A stretch of DNA of 64,000 bases, taken from NCBI GenBank assembly GCA_963667035.1, contig OY762964.1:1216001-1280000 (forward strand). The letters run 5' to 3'. Under the pieces are notes generated by a model that saw only the letters and a program-made list of their open reading frames with translations, did no database searches and was not told where the DNA came from. This document shows positions 21,715 through 34,789 of the stretch, one piece after another. Position numbers and translations under genes: made by a program. Position 1 is the first letter of the stretch; each line of letters starts with the position of its first letter. Origin of the DNA: Candidatus Cloacimonadales bacterium. Its GTDB lineage: Bacteria > Cloacimonadota > Cloacimonadia > Cloacimonadales > JAFGVF01.

Positions 21715-22533
21715 ATGAATACAAAAAGCAATCCAATTGGAATCTTTGATTCCGGTGTTGGCGGACTAACAGTTTTTAAAACAATCCGTCAAACATTTCC
21801 CGCCGAAGACATTGTTTATTTCGGTGATACTGCTCGTGTCCCTTATGGTCCCAAATCAAAGAACACTGTTATTGAGTATTCAATACAGAATGCTAGCTTT
21901 CTGATACAACAGAATGCTAAGATAATTATCGTTGCTTGTAATACTTCCTCTGCCGTAGCTTTACCTTACATTAGAAAGATTACAAAAATACCTGTAATAG
22001 GTGTTATCACTCCTGGTGCGATAGCTGCAGTGAATTCAACAAGGAACGGGAGAATTGGGATTATAGGTACAGAGGGAACTATAAGAAGTAATGCTTATCC
22101 TGAGGAGATTCTTGCTCTTAAAAAAGATGCTGAGACTCATTCAACACCCTGCCCGCTTTTTGTTTCTCTTGCAGAAGAAGGATGGGAGAATAGCCCCGAA
22201 GCAGAGAGTATTGCAGAAGTTTACTTACAGAAACTTATAGAGAAAGAAGTGGATACCATTGTTCTTGGGTGTACTCACTATCCAATTCTTAAAGATACAA
22301 TTCAAAGAGTCGTTGGTAAGAACATAAGATTAGTTGATAGTTCGGAAGCAATAATTGATAGCCTCAGAATGATATTGCCTGATCCGGTAACTGACAAGAT
22401 CGGTCATGATTACTTTTTCGTAAGCGATAATGAAGATAAGTTTTATTCAATAGCTTCAAGAATACTGGAAAGAGAGATATACTCCTTACAAAAAGTTAAA
22501 TTAAGAGAGACATGGTTTGTTGATAATAATTAA
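21715..22533 (+). CDS. murI: Glutamate racemase
   Basis: IGIFDSGVGGLTV, GDTARVPYG, VACNTSS, VLGCTHYP. Confidence 0.97.
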   Translation: MNTKSNPIGIFDSGVGGLTVFKTIRQTFPAEDIVYFGDTARVPYGPKSKNTVIEYSIQNASFLIQQNAKIIIVACNTSSAVALPYIRKITKIPVIGVITPGAIAAVNSTRNGRIGIIGTEGTIRSNAYPEEILALKKDAETHSTPCPLFVSLAEEGWENSPEAESIAEVYLQKLIEKEVDTIVLGCTHYPILKDTIQRVVGKNIRLVDSSEAIIDSLRMILPDPVTDKIGHDYFFVSDNEDKFYSIASRILEREIYSLQKVKLRETWFVDNN

Positions 22534-22547
22534 GATAATAAAGATAA

Positions 22548-24161
<1,614 letters not shown>

Positions 24162-24181
24162 ATAGTTAACTAATATAGATT

Positions 24182-24211
24182 AAGGGAGACAGAAAATGTC
24201 TCCCTTTTTTT
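24182..24211 (+). terminator. pyrG intrinsic terminator
   Basis: AAGGGAGACA-gaaaa-TGTCTCCCTT + T-run. Confidence 0.85.
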
Positions 24212-24326
24212 ATGTGTAACGAAATCCACCTGCTCTGCAGGTGGTTCCCCAAAGCTTTAGCTATGCACAAAAATTCCTCCATCGTAACTTTGTAGTGTCA
24301 GCTGCAAAATAAACAAAGGAGGAATA

Positions 24327-24497
24327 ATGGATAATAGTACATTATCACATACTACATGGAATTGTAAATACCACATAGTCTTTGCACCCAAGTATCGACG
24401 ACAGGTAATTTATCGCAAACTAAAAAAAGATATTGGTGAGATACTGCGAGTATTATGTGAACGGAAACAGATTGAAATCATTGAAGCAGAGGCTTGC
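24327..24497 (+). pseudogene. tnpA: IS200 TnpA (Y1 transposase) 5' fragment
   Basis: SHTTWNCKYHIVFAPKYRR...IIEAEAC, truncated just before the HUH motif. Confidence 0.88.
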
Positions 24498-24960
24498 AGT
24501 AATGCTTCCAGCAACCTAATAACTCAACAAACAGCAGTTTGATGAGTTTAAAAGAATTTATAACCAAGAAAGACCTCATGATGCACTAGATGGACTAACA
24601 CCCGACAACTTCTATGAAGCAAGTACAAAAAGATTTCCATCAAAAATACTTGGACCCAAGTACGACAAAAGTCAGGAAGTGAGATTAGTAAAGAAAAGTG
24701 GACAATTTAAATTTAAGGGCAAGGTCTATTATATAAGTGGTTTATTAATTAGAGAGAGAATTGCTTTAGAACAGATAGAGGAAGGAGTTTGGACAATATT
24801 CTTTTACCATATTCCAATTGCAAAACTTGACGAAAGAGCAAGTAAACTATTTCCAATATCAAAACATAAAAGCAGATATAACAAAAAAAGAAGGCCCTAA
24901 GTGAAGAAAGGTGTAACCTATGTTCCTGGTTTATTTTGTTACATTTCTCCCGTTCGTACA
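24498..24960 (+). mobile_element. IS481-family transposase 3' remnant with right end
   Basis: FDEFKRIYNQERPHDALDGLTP..Y integrase-core end continuing into ORF 24679-24900; frameshift near 24537; end ...TGTAACCTATGTTCCTGGTTTATTTTGTTACATTTCTCCCGTTCGTACA. Confidence 0.75.
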
Positions 24961-25293
24961 ATAGTTGTGCAGCTTACATTTTCTCAGAGGGCAAGAGCCT
25001 GGCCAGTATCAGCCCTTATAGGGCAAGTCCAAACCACCAGCTGAGCTTGGTGGTCATGATTTTAAAAGAACTGATTTATCCATATAACCAAGTAAGTGTC
25101 AATCATTCAAATACAAACTGATACCTAGGTTACATTTCTTCATTATCTATCTCAGCTAAGTTACATTTGATAAATATTCCCAAAAATGTAATCTTTGATT
25201 AAAGCTTGTATTATAACTAATGATGTCAAAATTGTTTGACAATAAGGGGGGAGTGAAAACTACTTGAAAATCAAATCTATATGAGGATAAGAT

Positions 25294-28200
25294 ATGCTAA
25301 ATAAATTACTGAGAAAATTGATGGGTGACAGACAAACTAGAGACTTAAAAGATTTCTATCCCATAAAAGATAAAATTAATGAAAAGTATCCCGAACTTCA
25401 AGCTCTGAACGATGATGCTATTAGAAATCGTGTTACAGAGATTAAAGATGAGATTAGAGAAGTCATATCACCATTAGAGCAAGAATATGAAGAAATGCTG
25501 GCAAAGTATCAAACCGAAGCTAATGATAAGGAGAAAGAGTCTTTAAGAAACAAACTAGATTCATTAAAAGCTAGCCTTAAGAAGACGACTCAAGATATAT
25601 TGGACTTCCACCTGGTTGAAGTTTTTGCCATTGTTAAAGACACATGTCGTAGACTTGTAGGACAATCTTTTTCGGTTAGAGGAAATGACCTTGTTTGGGA
25701 AATGGTACCTTTTGATGTTCAGTTGATAGGTGGTATTGCTCTTCATAAAGGTAACATTGCTGAGATGGCTACCGGTGAAGGTAAAACTTTAGTTGCAACA
25801 CTACCTCTGTTCCTAAATGCATTAACCGGTCGTGGTGCTCACTTGGTTACAGTTAATGACTATCTTGCCTCCCGTGACTCTGAATGGATGTCACCGATTT
25901 TCAATTTCTACGGTATGGAAGTAGGTTGTATTACTACAGGATTAAGCTTCGAAGCAAGACAAGAAGAATACGCAAAAGACGTTACATACGGAATGAACAG
26001 TGAATTCGGTTTCGATTACTTAAGAGATAACATGGCGACAAATCCCAGACAACTCGTTCAAAGAGAGTTTTATTATGCAATCGTCGACGAAGTCGATAGT
26101 ATTCTTATTGATGAAGCTAGAACACCTTTGATAATTAGCGGACAAGTTGAACATGATAAGAATTTCTATATAGAAATAAAACCCCATGTAGCTAAACTGG
26201 TGCATTTACAACAGCAGATGATTGCCGGGATACTATCTGAAATCAGACAAATGATTACTGAAGGTGATAAGGATTCTTTTGCTCTTGGAAAAGCACTTCT
26301 CAAGGTCTATCGTGGAGCACCTAAAAATAAAGCTCTTTTTAAGATTTTGAAAGATTCGGTTTATAAGAAATTACTTCAAGATTGTGAAGGTAGCTACATA
26401 AGAGATAAGAAGATGCATGAGCTTGACGCAGAGTTATTCTTTACGGTTGATGAACGCTCTCATGCTGTAGATATAAATGAAAAAGGTAGAGAACTACTTG
26501 ATAAATATGAAGACAATCTTTTCCTTCTTAAATCTCTAGATGAAGAGCTTTATGATCTTGATCAAAGAGAAGATATTTCCGTTGAAGAGAAAGAGAAACA
26601 AAGACAAGAAATTACTCGCTATTTCATGGATAAGAATGAGAAGTTACATAATATAACACAATTACTAAAAGCTTATATGCTGTTTGAACAAAATGTCGAT
26701 TATATTGTTCAAGATAATAAAATAGTCATTGTTGATGAGTTTACCGGTCGTGCAATGCCGGGAAGAAGATTTAGCGAAGGGTTGCACCAAGCTCTTGAAG
26801 CAAAAGAAAATCTTAAAATTGAAAAAGCAACTCAAACTCTAGCGACAATAACTCTTCAGAATTATTTCAGGAAATTTGAGAAGCTTGCAGGTATGACAGG
26901 TACTGCTATAACAGAAGAGAATGAGTTCTTCGAAATATACAAACTGAAATGTATACAGATACCTACAAATGTCCCAATTACTCGTATAGATCACGATGAT
27001 GTGATTTATATGACCAAGAATGAGAAATTTAAAGCTATTATTGATGAAATAGAGTATTGGCATAACTTAAATAAACCTGTACTTGTTGGTACCGTAAGTG
27101 TCGATGTGTCGGAAACATTGAGCCGTATGTTGAAGCGTAGAAAGATAGTACATAATGTACTCAATGCTAAGTACCATGAACGCGAAGCTGAAATTGTCGC
27201 TATGGCTGGTAAACCGGGATCGGTTGTCATTGCCACCAATATGGCAGGCCGTGGTACCGATATAAAGCTTGGTCAAGGAGTTATTGTGCAAGATAAAGAA
27301 AGCTATCGCAATATGAATGGAAAACCAACAAAAGATCAACCCTTTGGTGGACCATTAGACGGCCTACATGTTATTGGCAGTGCCAGACATGACTCCAGGC
27401 GTATAGATAGGCAGTTAAGAGGTCGTGCCGGTCGTCAAGGTGATCCAGGAACATCAAGATTTTATTTATCACTTGAAGATGACTTAATGAGATTATTCGG
27501 ATCAGATAGAATAGCCCCGATGATGCAGAAAATGGGAGTTAAAGAAGATGAACCTATTATGCATCCTTGGATGACAAAAGCTGTTGAAAGAGCACAATCT
27601 AAGGTTGAGGAACATAACTTTGAGATTCGTAAGCAATTGTTGAAATATGATGAAATTATGAATCAACAAAGAGAAGTTATCTATCAATACCGTAGAAATG
27701 TTCTGAAAGGCTTTAACTTAAAATCAGAAATCATAGAAATGATTAAGGATACTATCTGGAGAAAAGTCGAAGAGATAACCACAGTTGACCAGTATCCCGA
27801 GAACTGGGATTTAGGTAGATTGAGAGCATGGCTGAATTTAGAATATAACTTGAACTTAAATGAGAATTGTTTTGAAACGGAAAGGCTTACTGAAGATACT
27901 TTACATTCAATGACTGAAGAATTGATAATGGACGCTTACGCTAAAAGAGAAGAGCTTCAAGGTGATGAAAAAATGCGTGAGATTGAGCGACGCTCATTAC
28001 TGGAGGTTGTAGATTCTGAATGGCGCGACCATCTTCATGAGATGGATCATTTGAGAGAAGGTATAGGTTTAAGAGCGTATGCACAAAAAGATCCGCTGAT
28101 AGAATATAAAAAAGAAAGCTTTGAATTGTTCCAGAGTTTAATTGAGAGATTACAATCAAGAGTTGCTAAAAACGTATTCATTATGCAACTTTACACTCTT

Positions 28201-28425
28201 GAGGAATATAAGAATCTTATGGCTAACATCCAGATGGAGCACAAAGATGTCGATACATTTGCTAGTGAAGCCAATAATCCTCAACCTCAAAGCAAAGAAC
28301 CTGAAAGGCCTAAACTTCAACCTATTGTTAATGATGTGGAAATAGGACGTAATGAACCATGTCCTTGTGGTAGCGGAAAGAAATATAAGCAGTGCTGTGG
28401 TAAGCGGAGAGCTGATTTGGAATAA
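25294..28425 (+). CDS. secA: Preprotein translocase ATPase SecA (long form)
   Basis: [79 protein letters not shown]. Confidence 0.98.
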   Translation: MLNKLLRKLMGDRQTRDLKDFYPIKDKINEKYPELQALNDDAIRNRVTEIKDEIREVISPLEQEYEEMLAKYQTEANDKEKESLRNKLDSLKASLKKTTQDILDFHLVEVFAIVKDTCRRLVGQSFSVRGNDLVWEMVPFDVQLIGGIALHKGNIAEMATGEGKTLVATLPLFLNALTGRGAHLVTVNDYLASRDSEWMSPIFNFYGMEVGCITTGLSFEARQEEYAKDVTYGMNSEFGFDYLRDNMATNPRQLVQREFYYAIVDEVDSILIDEARTPLIISGQVEHDKNFYIEIKPHVAKLVHLQQQMIAGILSEIRQMITEGDKDSFALGKALLKVYRGAPKNKALFKILKDSVYKKLLQDCEGSYIRDKKMHELDAELFFTVDERSHAVDINEKGRELLDKYEDNLFLLKSLDEELYDLDQREDISVEEKEKQRQEITRYFMDKNEKLHNITQLLKAYMLFEQNVDYIVQDNKIVIVDEFTGRAMPGRRFSEGLHQALEAKENLKIEKATQTLATITLQNYFRKFEKLAGMTGTAITEENEFFEIYKLKCIQIPTNVPITRIDHDDVIYMTKNEKFKAIIDEIEYWHNLNKPVLVGTVSVDVSETLSRMLKRRKIVHNVLNAKYHEREAEIVAMAGKPGSVVIATNMAGRGTDIKLGQGVIVQDKESYRNMNGKPTKDQPFGGPLDGLHVIGSARHDSRRIDRQLRGRAGRQGDPGTSRFYLSLEDDLMRLFGSDRIAPMMQKMGVKEDEPIMHPWMTKAVERAQSKVEEHNFEIRKQLLKYDEIMNQQREVIYQYRRNVLKGFNLKSEIIEMIKDTIWRKVEEITTVDQYPENWDLGRLRAWLNLEYNLNLNENCFETERLTEDTLHSMTEELIMDAYAKREELQGDEKMREIERRSLLEVVDSEWRDHLHEMDHLREGIGLRAYAQKDPLIEYKKESFELFQSLIERLQSRVAKNVFIMQLYTLEEYKNLMANIQMEHKDVDTFASEANNPQPQSKEPERPKLQPIVNDVEIGRNEPCPCGSGKKYKQCCGKRRADLE

Positions 28426-28835
28426 TGAAAATTGATAAAACTGATATGATTAAAGCTTTAGATAGTGATATTACAGATGAAATGCTAAATCTCTTAACTG
28501 ATGAAGAGAAGGATTTTCTATACAATCTGTTAACATTACAAGATAAAGATAAAAGTAGTTATAATAGAATACTTAGTAGTCAGGAGAACTATGCTCTGAC
28601 AACCGGAGCATACGGGTATTTGTTAACCCTAATGAATATTGAGTCTATTACAGCAATGGATTTAGAAAACATACTTAATGCCTGTGTCAGTATATACAAC
28701 GAGACTCATACAAAAGTTGACAGGGACAGGCTTGATAAAATCGTTACAATCTATATGTTTACAGGTGTCCAGAATGTCTCTTCACGGGGATATCTGGAAA
28801 TGATAACGGGACAAACAGAATTTAGTAAGAATTAG
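28425..28835 (+). CDS. Hypothetical protein, possibly Smg/DUF494-like
   Basis: RILSSQE..ALTTGAYGYLL.L.....I....LE.IL resembles DUF494; position directly before topA is typical of smg. Confidence 0.55.
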   Translation: MKIDKTDMIKALDSDITDEMLNLLTDEEKDFLYNLLTLQDKDKSSYNRILSSQENYALTTGAYGYLLTLMNIESITAMDLENILNACVSIYNETHTKVDRDRLDKIVTIYMFTGVQNVSSRGYLEMITGQTEFSKN

Positions 28836-28842
28836 GATAGAT

Positions 28843-31062
28843 ATGGCAAAAGATTTGATAATTGTGGAATCCGCAGCTAAAGCCAGCACTATAAGCAAAT
28901 TTCTTAAAGGTAAGTATAACATATTAGCTTCAATGGGACATGTTAGAGATTTACCTAAGAAAGAATTCGGTGTTGACCTTGAGAATAAATTTAAAGCTAA
29001 GTACGTTACTGACAGAACAAAATCCAAAGTGATTTCATCACTTAAAGATGCAGTTAAAGAAGCAAATACCATATACTTGGCAGCTGACCCTGATAGAGAA
29101 GGAGAAGCTATTGCTTGGCATCTCACTCAAGTACTTAAGAAAGAACTTAAAGGCAAGCAAATCAAGCGAATTGAGTTTAACGAAATAACACAAAAAGCTG
29201 TTCAGGAATCAATTACTAATCCAAGAGATATAGATGAGAATAGGGTAAATGCTCAGCAAGCTAGAAGAATTCTTGATAGAATCGTTGGTTATCAAGTTAG
29301 CCCTTTCTTATGGAAAGGTATATATAAGGGTTTAAGTGCTGGAAGAGTTCAATCCGTTGCCCTGAGACTTATCTGCGAGAGAGAAGAACAGATTAATGCT
29401 TTCAAACCGGAAGAATATTGGAGTATCTCGGCAGAATTTTATAAAGATGGTGCTGAATCATACAAGGGTGTTCTTGAAAAAATTGATGGTAAGAAAGTTA
29501 AAATGGCCAATAAAGAAGAAGCAGAAGCTGTGGTTGAAAAACTCAATAAGAATGAGATTAACATCAACAACATTGCTAAATCTCAACGCAAGCTTCATCC
29601 TCTACCTCCATTTATTACAAGTACTCTTCAACAAGAAGCTTCAAAGATCCTTAACTTCTCGGCTAAAAGAACAATGACAATTGCTCAAAAGCTTTATGAA
29701 GGTATTGACCTGGATGGAGAAAGAAAAGGTCTTATTTCATACATGCGTACTGACTCTGTGAGAATGTCAAATGAAGCTCTTGAAAGCTGTAGAAATTTGA
29801 TAGGGGAGAGATGGGGTAGTAAGTTACTTAATGAAAAAGTTAGACACTTTAGTAATAAGAACAAAGCTCAAGATGCTCATGAAGCCATTAGACCAACAAA
29901 TCCCTTTAACACACCTGAGATGCTATCGAAGTACTTAGATAAAGATGAACTAAGATTATACACCTTAATCTGGCAACGTTTCGTTGCAACTCAAATGGTA
30001 CCGGCCCTTGTTAATACAATTAAAATCGAGACTGTTTCCGGACCTGGTATGTTTAATACCAGTGGTTCAATTATTGAACACAATGGGTTTCTGGAAGCAT
30101 ATCCTCATGTTAAAGTTAACACTGGTGAGTTGATAGATTCTGCTTATGATATTGGTGATTCCGTGAAGACTGAGAATTATCAAACCAATCAGCATTTTAC
30201 CAAACCGCCAAGTCGCTTTAGTGAAGCTTCATTGATTAAAGAAATGGAATCTGATGGTATTGGTAGACCTTCTACCTATGCTACTATCATAAATACAATT
30301 TTACTCAGAAAATATGTTGAAATGGAAAAGAAGTATTTCTTCCCAACAGACTTAGGTATTCATGTTAACTCATTCCTAGTTCAAAGCTTTGAAGAATTCT
30401 TTAATGTCTCTTTCACTGCAGAAATGGAAAATGATTTGGACTCCATTGAATTTGGTAAAATTGACTATGTCGATTTACTGGCAAAATATTATGGTAGTCT
30501 AAAAGAACAAATGTCGGATGTTGATGTTAAAGCTCTTAAGAAAGACCTGCAAGAGACAACTGACATTGTTTGTGATAAATGCGGCGAAGGTCACATGATT
30601 GTTAAATGGGGTTCAAACGGGCAGTTCCTTTCATGTGATAATTTTCCTAAATGCAGGAATATCAAAAACTTCACTCGAGACGATGATGGTAGTATTAAGA
30701 TCAAGGAAGAGGAAAAGCTTGATAAAACATGTCCTGAATGCGGTAATCCCCTGACTGTTAAGTCCGGAAGATTTGGCAAGTTTATAGCTTGTTCAAACTA
30801 TCCTTCATGTAAGTATACTGAAGCAATTCATACCGGAATTAAATGCCCTGAATGTGGAGAAGGTTTTATCACAGAGAAGAAGAATAAAAGAGGTAAGCTC
30901 TTCTATTCATGTACTAACTACCCTAAATGTAAATTCATATCCAATGATAAACCTGTTGCAGAAGAGTGCCCAAATTGTAAGCATGCCTTCCTTTATCAAA
31001 AGCATTCAAAGAAAGAGGGTGATTACAAGATTTGTCCGGAATGCAAAACAATAGTGAAGTAG
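28843..31062 (+). CDS. topA: DNA topoisomerase I with C-terminal zinc ribbons
   Basis: LIIVES, DPDREGEAIAWH, SAGRVQS, ISYMRTDS, GIGRPSTY, CxxC zinc-ribbon repeats. Confidence 0.97.
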   Translation: MAKDLIIVESAAKASTISKFLKGKYNILASMGHVRDLPKKEFGVDLENKFKAKYVTDRTKSKVISSLKDAVKEANTIYLAADPDREGEAIAWHLTQVLKKELKGKQIKRIEFNEITQKAVQESITNPRDIDENRVNAQQARRILDRIVGYQVSPFLWKGIYKGLSAGRVQSVALRLICEREEQINAFKPEEYWSISAEFYKDGAESYKGVLEKIDGKKVKMANKEEAEAVVEKLNKNEININNIAKSQRKLHPLPPFITSTLQQEASKILNFSAKRTMTIAQKLYEGIDLDGERKGLISYMRTDSVRMSNEALESCRNLIGERWGSKLLNEKVRHFSNKNKAQDAHEAIRPTNPFNTPEMLSKYLDKDELRLYTLIWQRFVATQMVPALVNTIKIETVSGPGMFNTSGSIIEHNGFLEAYPHVKVNTGELIDSAYDIGDSVKTENYQTNQHFTKPPSRFSEASLIKEMESDGIGRPSTYATIINTILLRKYVEMEKKYFFPTDLGIHVNSFLVQSFEEFFNVSFTAEMENDLDSIEFGKIDYVDLLAKYYGSLKEQMSDVDVKALKKDLQETTDIVCDKCGEGHMIVKWGSNGQFLSCDNFPKCRNIKNFTRDDDGSIKIKEEEKLDKTCPECGNPLTVKSGRFGKFIACSNYPSCKYTEAIHTGIKCPECGEGFITEKKNKRGKLFYSCTNYPKCKFISNDKPVAEECPNCKHAFLYQKHSKKEGDYKICPECKTIVK

Positions 31063-31065
31063 AAA

Positions 31066-32328
31066 ATGCATTTACGAGATAGTTTTGGAAGTAGTGTTCA
31101 AACAATTCTTTCTCATAAACTGAGATCATTTCTAACCCTTATAGGTATTGTTATAGGAGTGATGGCAGTCGTTACCATGTTTTCTGCTATTAACGGAATG
31201 AAGAAATTTGTGACTGATAACATGGAGAGACTCGGGTGGGATAATTCCATTGTTATTACTCCATCTGAACAGCAGAACTATTGGTCAATGAGATGGCGTT
31301 ACGGTAGAAAACAAAGAAATGTAGAACCTCTCAATTTTGATGACTATAAGTTACTCACAGACAGTTTGAATGTGAAGATGAGTTACGGTATGATTGAAGA
31401 AAACAGTAACTATCGTCATCAGAATCAAAGAAAGTATGTAAAGATTAGAGCAACTAATACAGACTTTTTCTTAAACAAGACTTATGAGATTGGTAAAGGA
31501 AGATACTTCTCAAACTACGAAGAGAATAATAGTGTTAAAGTCTGCGTAATAGGCTATAATTTTGCTAAGAAGTACTTCGAGAACAAAACACCACTTAATA
31601 AAGTTATAAATCTAGGAAATCAAAACTATAGAGTAATTGGTATTTTAGCTGATGACCCGGTCCTTAAACAGAAGAATTTTAACTTTAACGGTTGGGAACG
31701 TCAAGAGGACTTAAAAGCTGTATATATCCCACTTTCAACAGGTGCTAAATATCTTAGAAACAATGGAGCGATTGATTACATATACTTACAATCACCTTCA
31801 TTGGAGGAATACAAAAGCTTAAAAAACAGAGCTAGACAATTGCTCCTCTCAACTCATAGTATGTATCCTAATTTCGGTTTCCAGAATGTAGGCTCTTTCT
31901 TGATGCAAATTACCGAGCAGACTAAGAAAACAATGGATAAATTCAATGTAACTCTATCGATTATTGCCTCGGTATCTTTAATTGTCGGTGGTATTGGTCT
32001 CTTCAGTACATTGTTGATATCCATTTCTGAAAGAATGACTGAGATAGGTATAAGAAAGAGTATTGGAGCAACTGAAGGAGATATATTCTTCTATTTTATT
32101 GCTGAAGCTTTGAGCCTGGCTCTATTAGGAGCATTTGTTGGAACAGGAGTTGCGATGCTACTTCTGAAGATATTCTCATTCTTTGTAGGAATGCCATTCA
32201 GTATACCTGTTGCAGGTATTCTATTAGGATTTGGATTCTCTCTCATTATTGGTTTTGTATCAGGATTGTATCCAGCGATCAAGGCCGCAAAGATTAATCC
32301 TATTCAAGCGATATTCTATTTTGAATAG
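31066..32328 (+). CDS. MacB/FtsX-type ABC transporter permease
   Basis: KLRSFLTLIGIVIGV, SLIVGGIG, ER..EIGIRKSIGA, GLYPA.KAA.INP. Confidence 0.92.
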   Translation: MHLRDSFGSSVQTILSHKLRSFLTLIGIVIGVMAVVTMFSAINGMKKFVTDNMERLGWDNSIVITPSEQQNYWSMRWRYGRKQRNVEPLNFDDYKLLTDSLNVKMSYGMIEENSNYRHQNQRKYVKIRATNTDFFLNKTYEIGKGRYFSNYEENNSVKVCVIGYNFAKKYFENKTPLNKVINLGNQNYRVIGILADDPVLKQKNFNFNGWERQEDLKAVYIPLSTGAKYLRNNGAIDYIYLQSPSLEEYKSLKNRARQLLLSTHSMYPNFGFQNVGSFLMQITEQTKKTMDKFNVTLSIIASVSLIVGGIGLFSTLLISISERMTEIGIRKSIGATEGDIFFYFIAEALSLALLGAFVGTGVAMLLLKIFSFFVGMPFSIPVAGILLGFGFSLIIGFVSGLYPAIKAAKINPIQAIFYFE

Positions 32329-32403
32329 ATTATACAGATAAAAATATTGACTTATTTTGATATTAAAGACTAAATATGAATATAGATAATTCAGGAGATA
32401 TTA

Positions 32404-33582
32404 ATGATTGAAGTTATCGTTGAGAAATGTGTAGGCTGTGGTAAATGTATCAAATCATGTGCTTATAATGCTATTACTATTACAAATAAAGTTGCTGAAA
32501 TCAATACAGATAATTGTGTTCTGTGTGGTGCATGTGTACAGGATTGTCCATTTGATGCAATTTTCATAAGAAAGAATTCCCGTTCAACCATTAATAAAGA
32601 AGATTATAAGGGTGTATGGGTATATGCAGAGCAAAGAGAAGGTGAACTGGCTCCCGTTGTTCTGGAATTACTTGGAAAGGGAAGAGAACTGGCTGACCAA
32701 ATTGAAGTACCTCTTTCTGCTGTGTTGTTAGGTTATAATGTTGATAATTTAACCGAAGATTTAATTGCTCATGGAGCTGATGAAGTTCTTTATGTGAATG
32801 AACCGGAACTGGAAACTTTTACTGATCATCTCTATACTCAAGCTTTGGTAAACCTAAGTGAGAAGCATAAACCGGAAATCGTTCTTGCCGGTGCGTCAGT
32901 AATTGGTCGTTCTTTCATCCCTCGTGTTGCAGTATCACTTCATACGGGATTAACTGCAGATTGCACCGGACTTGAAATTGATAAGGAATCCGGTGACTTA
33001 CTACAGACCAGACCAGCTTTTGGTGGCAATATCATGGCTACTATCGTTACTCCTGATCATAGACCGCAACTTGCAACTGTTCGTCATAAAGTTATGACTC
33101 CGCTTGAGAAAGATTCTTCCAGAGTAGGTAAAGTTATTATCGAAAAGATTGATCTTAACGGTAAAGGTGACGGCTCCAGATTGATTGAAAGTGTTAAGGA
33201 AGAAACCGGACTTATAAATGTTACTGAAGCTGATTTTATCATTTCAGGAGGTAGAGGTCTAAAGAATCCTGAGAACTTTAATCTATTGCATGAATTGGCT
33301 GAGAAACTTGATGGTGCTGTTGCTGCGTCAAGAGCAGCTGTTGATGCAGGCTGGATTTCCTACAACCATCAGATTGGTCAGACAGGTAAAACTGTTAAAC
33401 CAAGAATATATATTGCATCAGGTATTTCAGGTGCTATACAGCATCTTGCAGGTATGTCCTCATCCGACTATATTATTGCAATCAACAAAGACCCGGAAGC
33501 TCCTATTTTTAAAGTAGCTGACTTAGGTATTGTTGGAGACCTTTTCGAAATTCTACCTTTATTAAATAAAAAACTTGGATAA
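32404..33582 (+). CDS. etfA: Electron transfer flavoprotein alpha subunit with N-terminal 2x[4Fe-4S] ferredoxin domain
   Basis: CVGCGKCIKSC and CVLCGACVQDCP; GLTADCT, TRPAFGGN, QIGQTGKTV, GISGAIQH. Confidence 0.93.
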   Translation: MIEVIVEKCVGCGKCIKSCAYNAITITNKVAEINTDNCVLCGACVQDCPFDAIFIRKNSRSTINKEDYKGVWVYAEQREGELAPVVLELLGKGRELADQIEVPLSAVLLGYNVDNLTEDLIAHGADEVLYVNEPELETFTDHLYTQALVNLSEKHKPEIVLAGASVIGRSFIPRVAVSLHTGLTADCTGLEIDKESGDLLQTRPAFGGNIMATIVTPDHRPQLATVRHKVMTPLEKDSSRVGKVIIEKIDLNGKGDGSRLIESVKEETGLINVTEADFIISGGRGLKNPENFNLLHELAEKLDGAVAASRAAVDAGWISYNHQIGQTGKTVKPRIYIASGISGAIQHLAGMSSSDYIIAINKDPEAPIFKVADLGIVGDLFEILPLLNKKLG

Positions 33583-33583
33583 A

Positions 33584-34786
33584 ATGTATCTAACCCCAAC
33601 GCAAATAGTATTGGATTCCAACAAGGTTGTCAGTAAGCAAAGGTTGACTATTGATGCTGATACCAATCTGAGTGGACATCTGAAGTTGGAATCTAATACT
33701 GTGGCGTACATGCCTTTTATTAATGCTCACGATCACCTTGTGAGCAATTGGTTTCCACGTGCAGGTCATAATCGTCCTTATATAAATTCTCACCTTTGGG
33801 TAGAAGATATGAAAGATTCCGACTCCTATCTGGAAAGAAACAAGTTTTGGATTAATAAAGGTTTTCATGACCTCACTGCTGATAACGGTCACAAAGTAGC
33901 TATGTTAGGTGCATACAAGAATCTCTTTTCCGGATGTGCCGTAGTACAAGACCATATACCTCCACAACCAAGTAACTACTATGACAAGATGCCAATTGAA
34001 CTGGTTAGAGAATACACTCAATACCATTCAATAACTCTAGGTAACTGGTGGGGAGGAGGTTCGACTGAAGAAGAGTTTAGTGCCGCTAATGGTAGAATGC
34101 CATTTATAATGCACCTTGGAGAAGGTCTTGATGAAGAAACAAGAAGTGAATTCTCGAAAGCAATTGAACTGGGTATAATCGATAACAATACAATACTTAT
34201 CCACTGTATCTCTCTATCACATAAAGAGATTGATAAGATGGCTGAATTGGGTGCTACAATATGCTGGTGTCCATATTCCAATGACTTTCTTATTGGGCAG
34301 TCAGTTGATATAGATTATGCCTTGAAGGCAGGAGTAAACATAGTTATCGGAACAGACTCTTCAATGTCAAGTAGCATCAATATGTTAGAAGAGTTCAGTT
34401 TTATCAAACATAATTATCCTCAAATCCCTATGAAAACAATATATGAAATGGTTACTGTGAATAGTGCAAAAGCTCTTATGCTGGACAAAAAATGGACTCT
34501 TAAAGAGCAGACAGACTCTGTACTCATAACAGACATGGTTAAAGCCGATCCCTTCGAGAATCTGGCTTATCTTAAAACTGATAATATAAGACTACTAATT
34601 CATAAGGGTAAACCACTGTACGGGGATATGGAGATATTTACAAGTTTCAACTGTAATCCCGTTGATTATAGTTTTATCTCTACAAAAAGTGGAGATAAGT
34701 TTGTTATTGGCAATCCTGAAAGTTTAAACATGGAAGTCAATGATGCACTTGGATATCAAAAACACTTCCCATATCTGCCTTTCTAA
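33584..34786 (+). CDS. Metal-dependent amidohydrolase family protein
   Basis: FINAHDH (HxH), HLGEG, IHC, WCPYSN, IGTDS; ATG 33584 preferred to TTG 33575. Confidence 0.85.
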   Translation: MYLTPTQIVLDSNKVVSKQRLTIDADTNLSGHLKLESNTVAYMPFINAHDHLVSNWFPRAGHNRPYINSHLWVEDMKDSDSYLERNKFWINKGFHDLTADNGHKVAMLGAYKNLFSGCAVVQDHIPPQPSNYYDKMPIELVREYTQYHSITLGNWWGGGSTEEEFSAANGRMPFIMHLGEGLDEETRSEFSKAIELGIIDNNTILIHCISLSHKEIDKMAELGATICWCPYSNDFLIGQSVDIDYALKAGVNIVIGTDSSMSSSINMLEEFSFIKHNYPQIPMKTIYEMVTVNSAKALMLDKKWTLKEQTDSVLITDMVKADPFENLAYLKTDNIRLLIHKGKPLYGDMEIFTSFNCNPVDYSFISTKSGDKFVIGNPESLNMEVNDALGYQKHFPYLPF

Positions 34787-34789
34787 ATA

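Larger units (their letters stand above)
24213..25061 (+). mobile_element. Decayed IS200/IS605-family element (copy A) whose centre is replaced by an IS481 fragment
   Basis: Left-end hairpin CCACCTGC-tct-GCAGGTGG, right-end ACCACCAGCTGAGCTTGGTGGT; 24213-24497 and 24961-25061 match copy B (45776-46334, minus). Confidence 0.88.

Noticed and set aside
25294..28425. Intein or unusual insertions in the long SecA
   Set aside because: The extra segments are helical and charged with no intein motifs, and long SecA forms are known in FCB-group bacteria.
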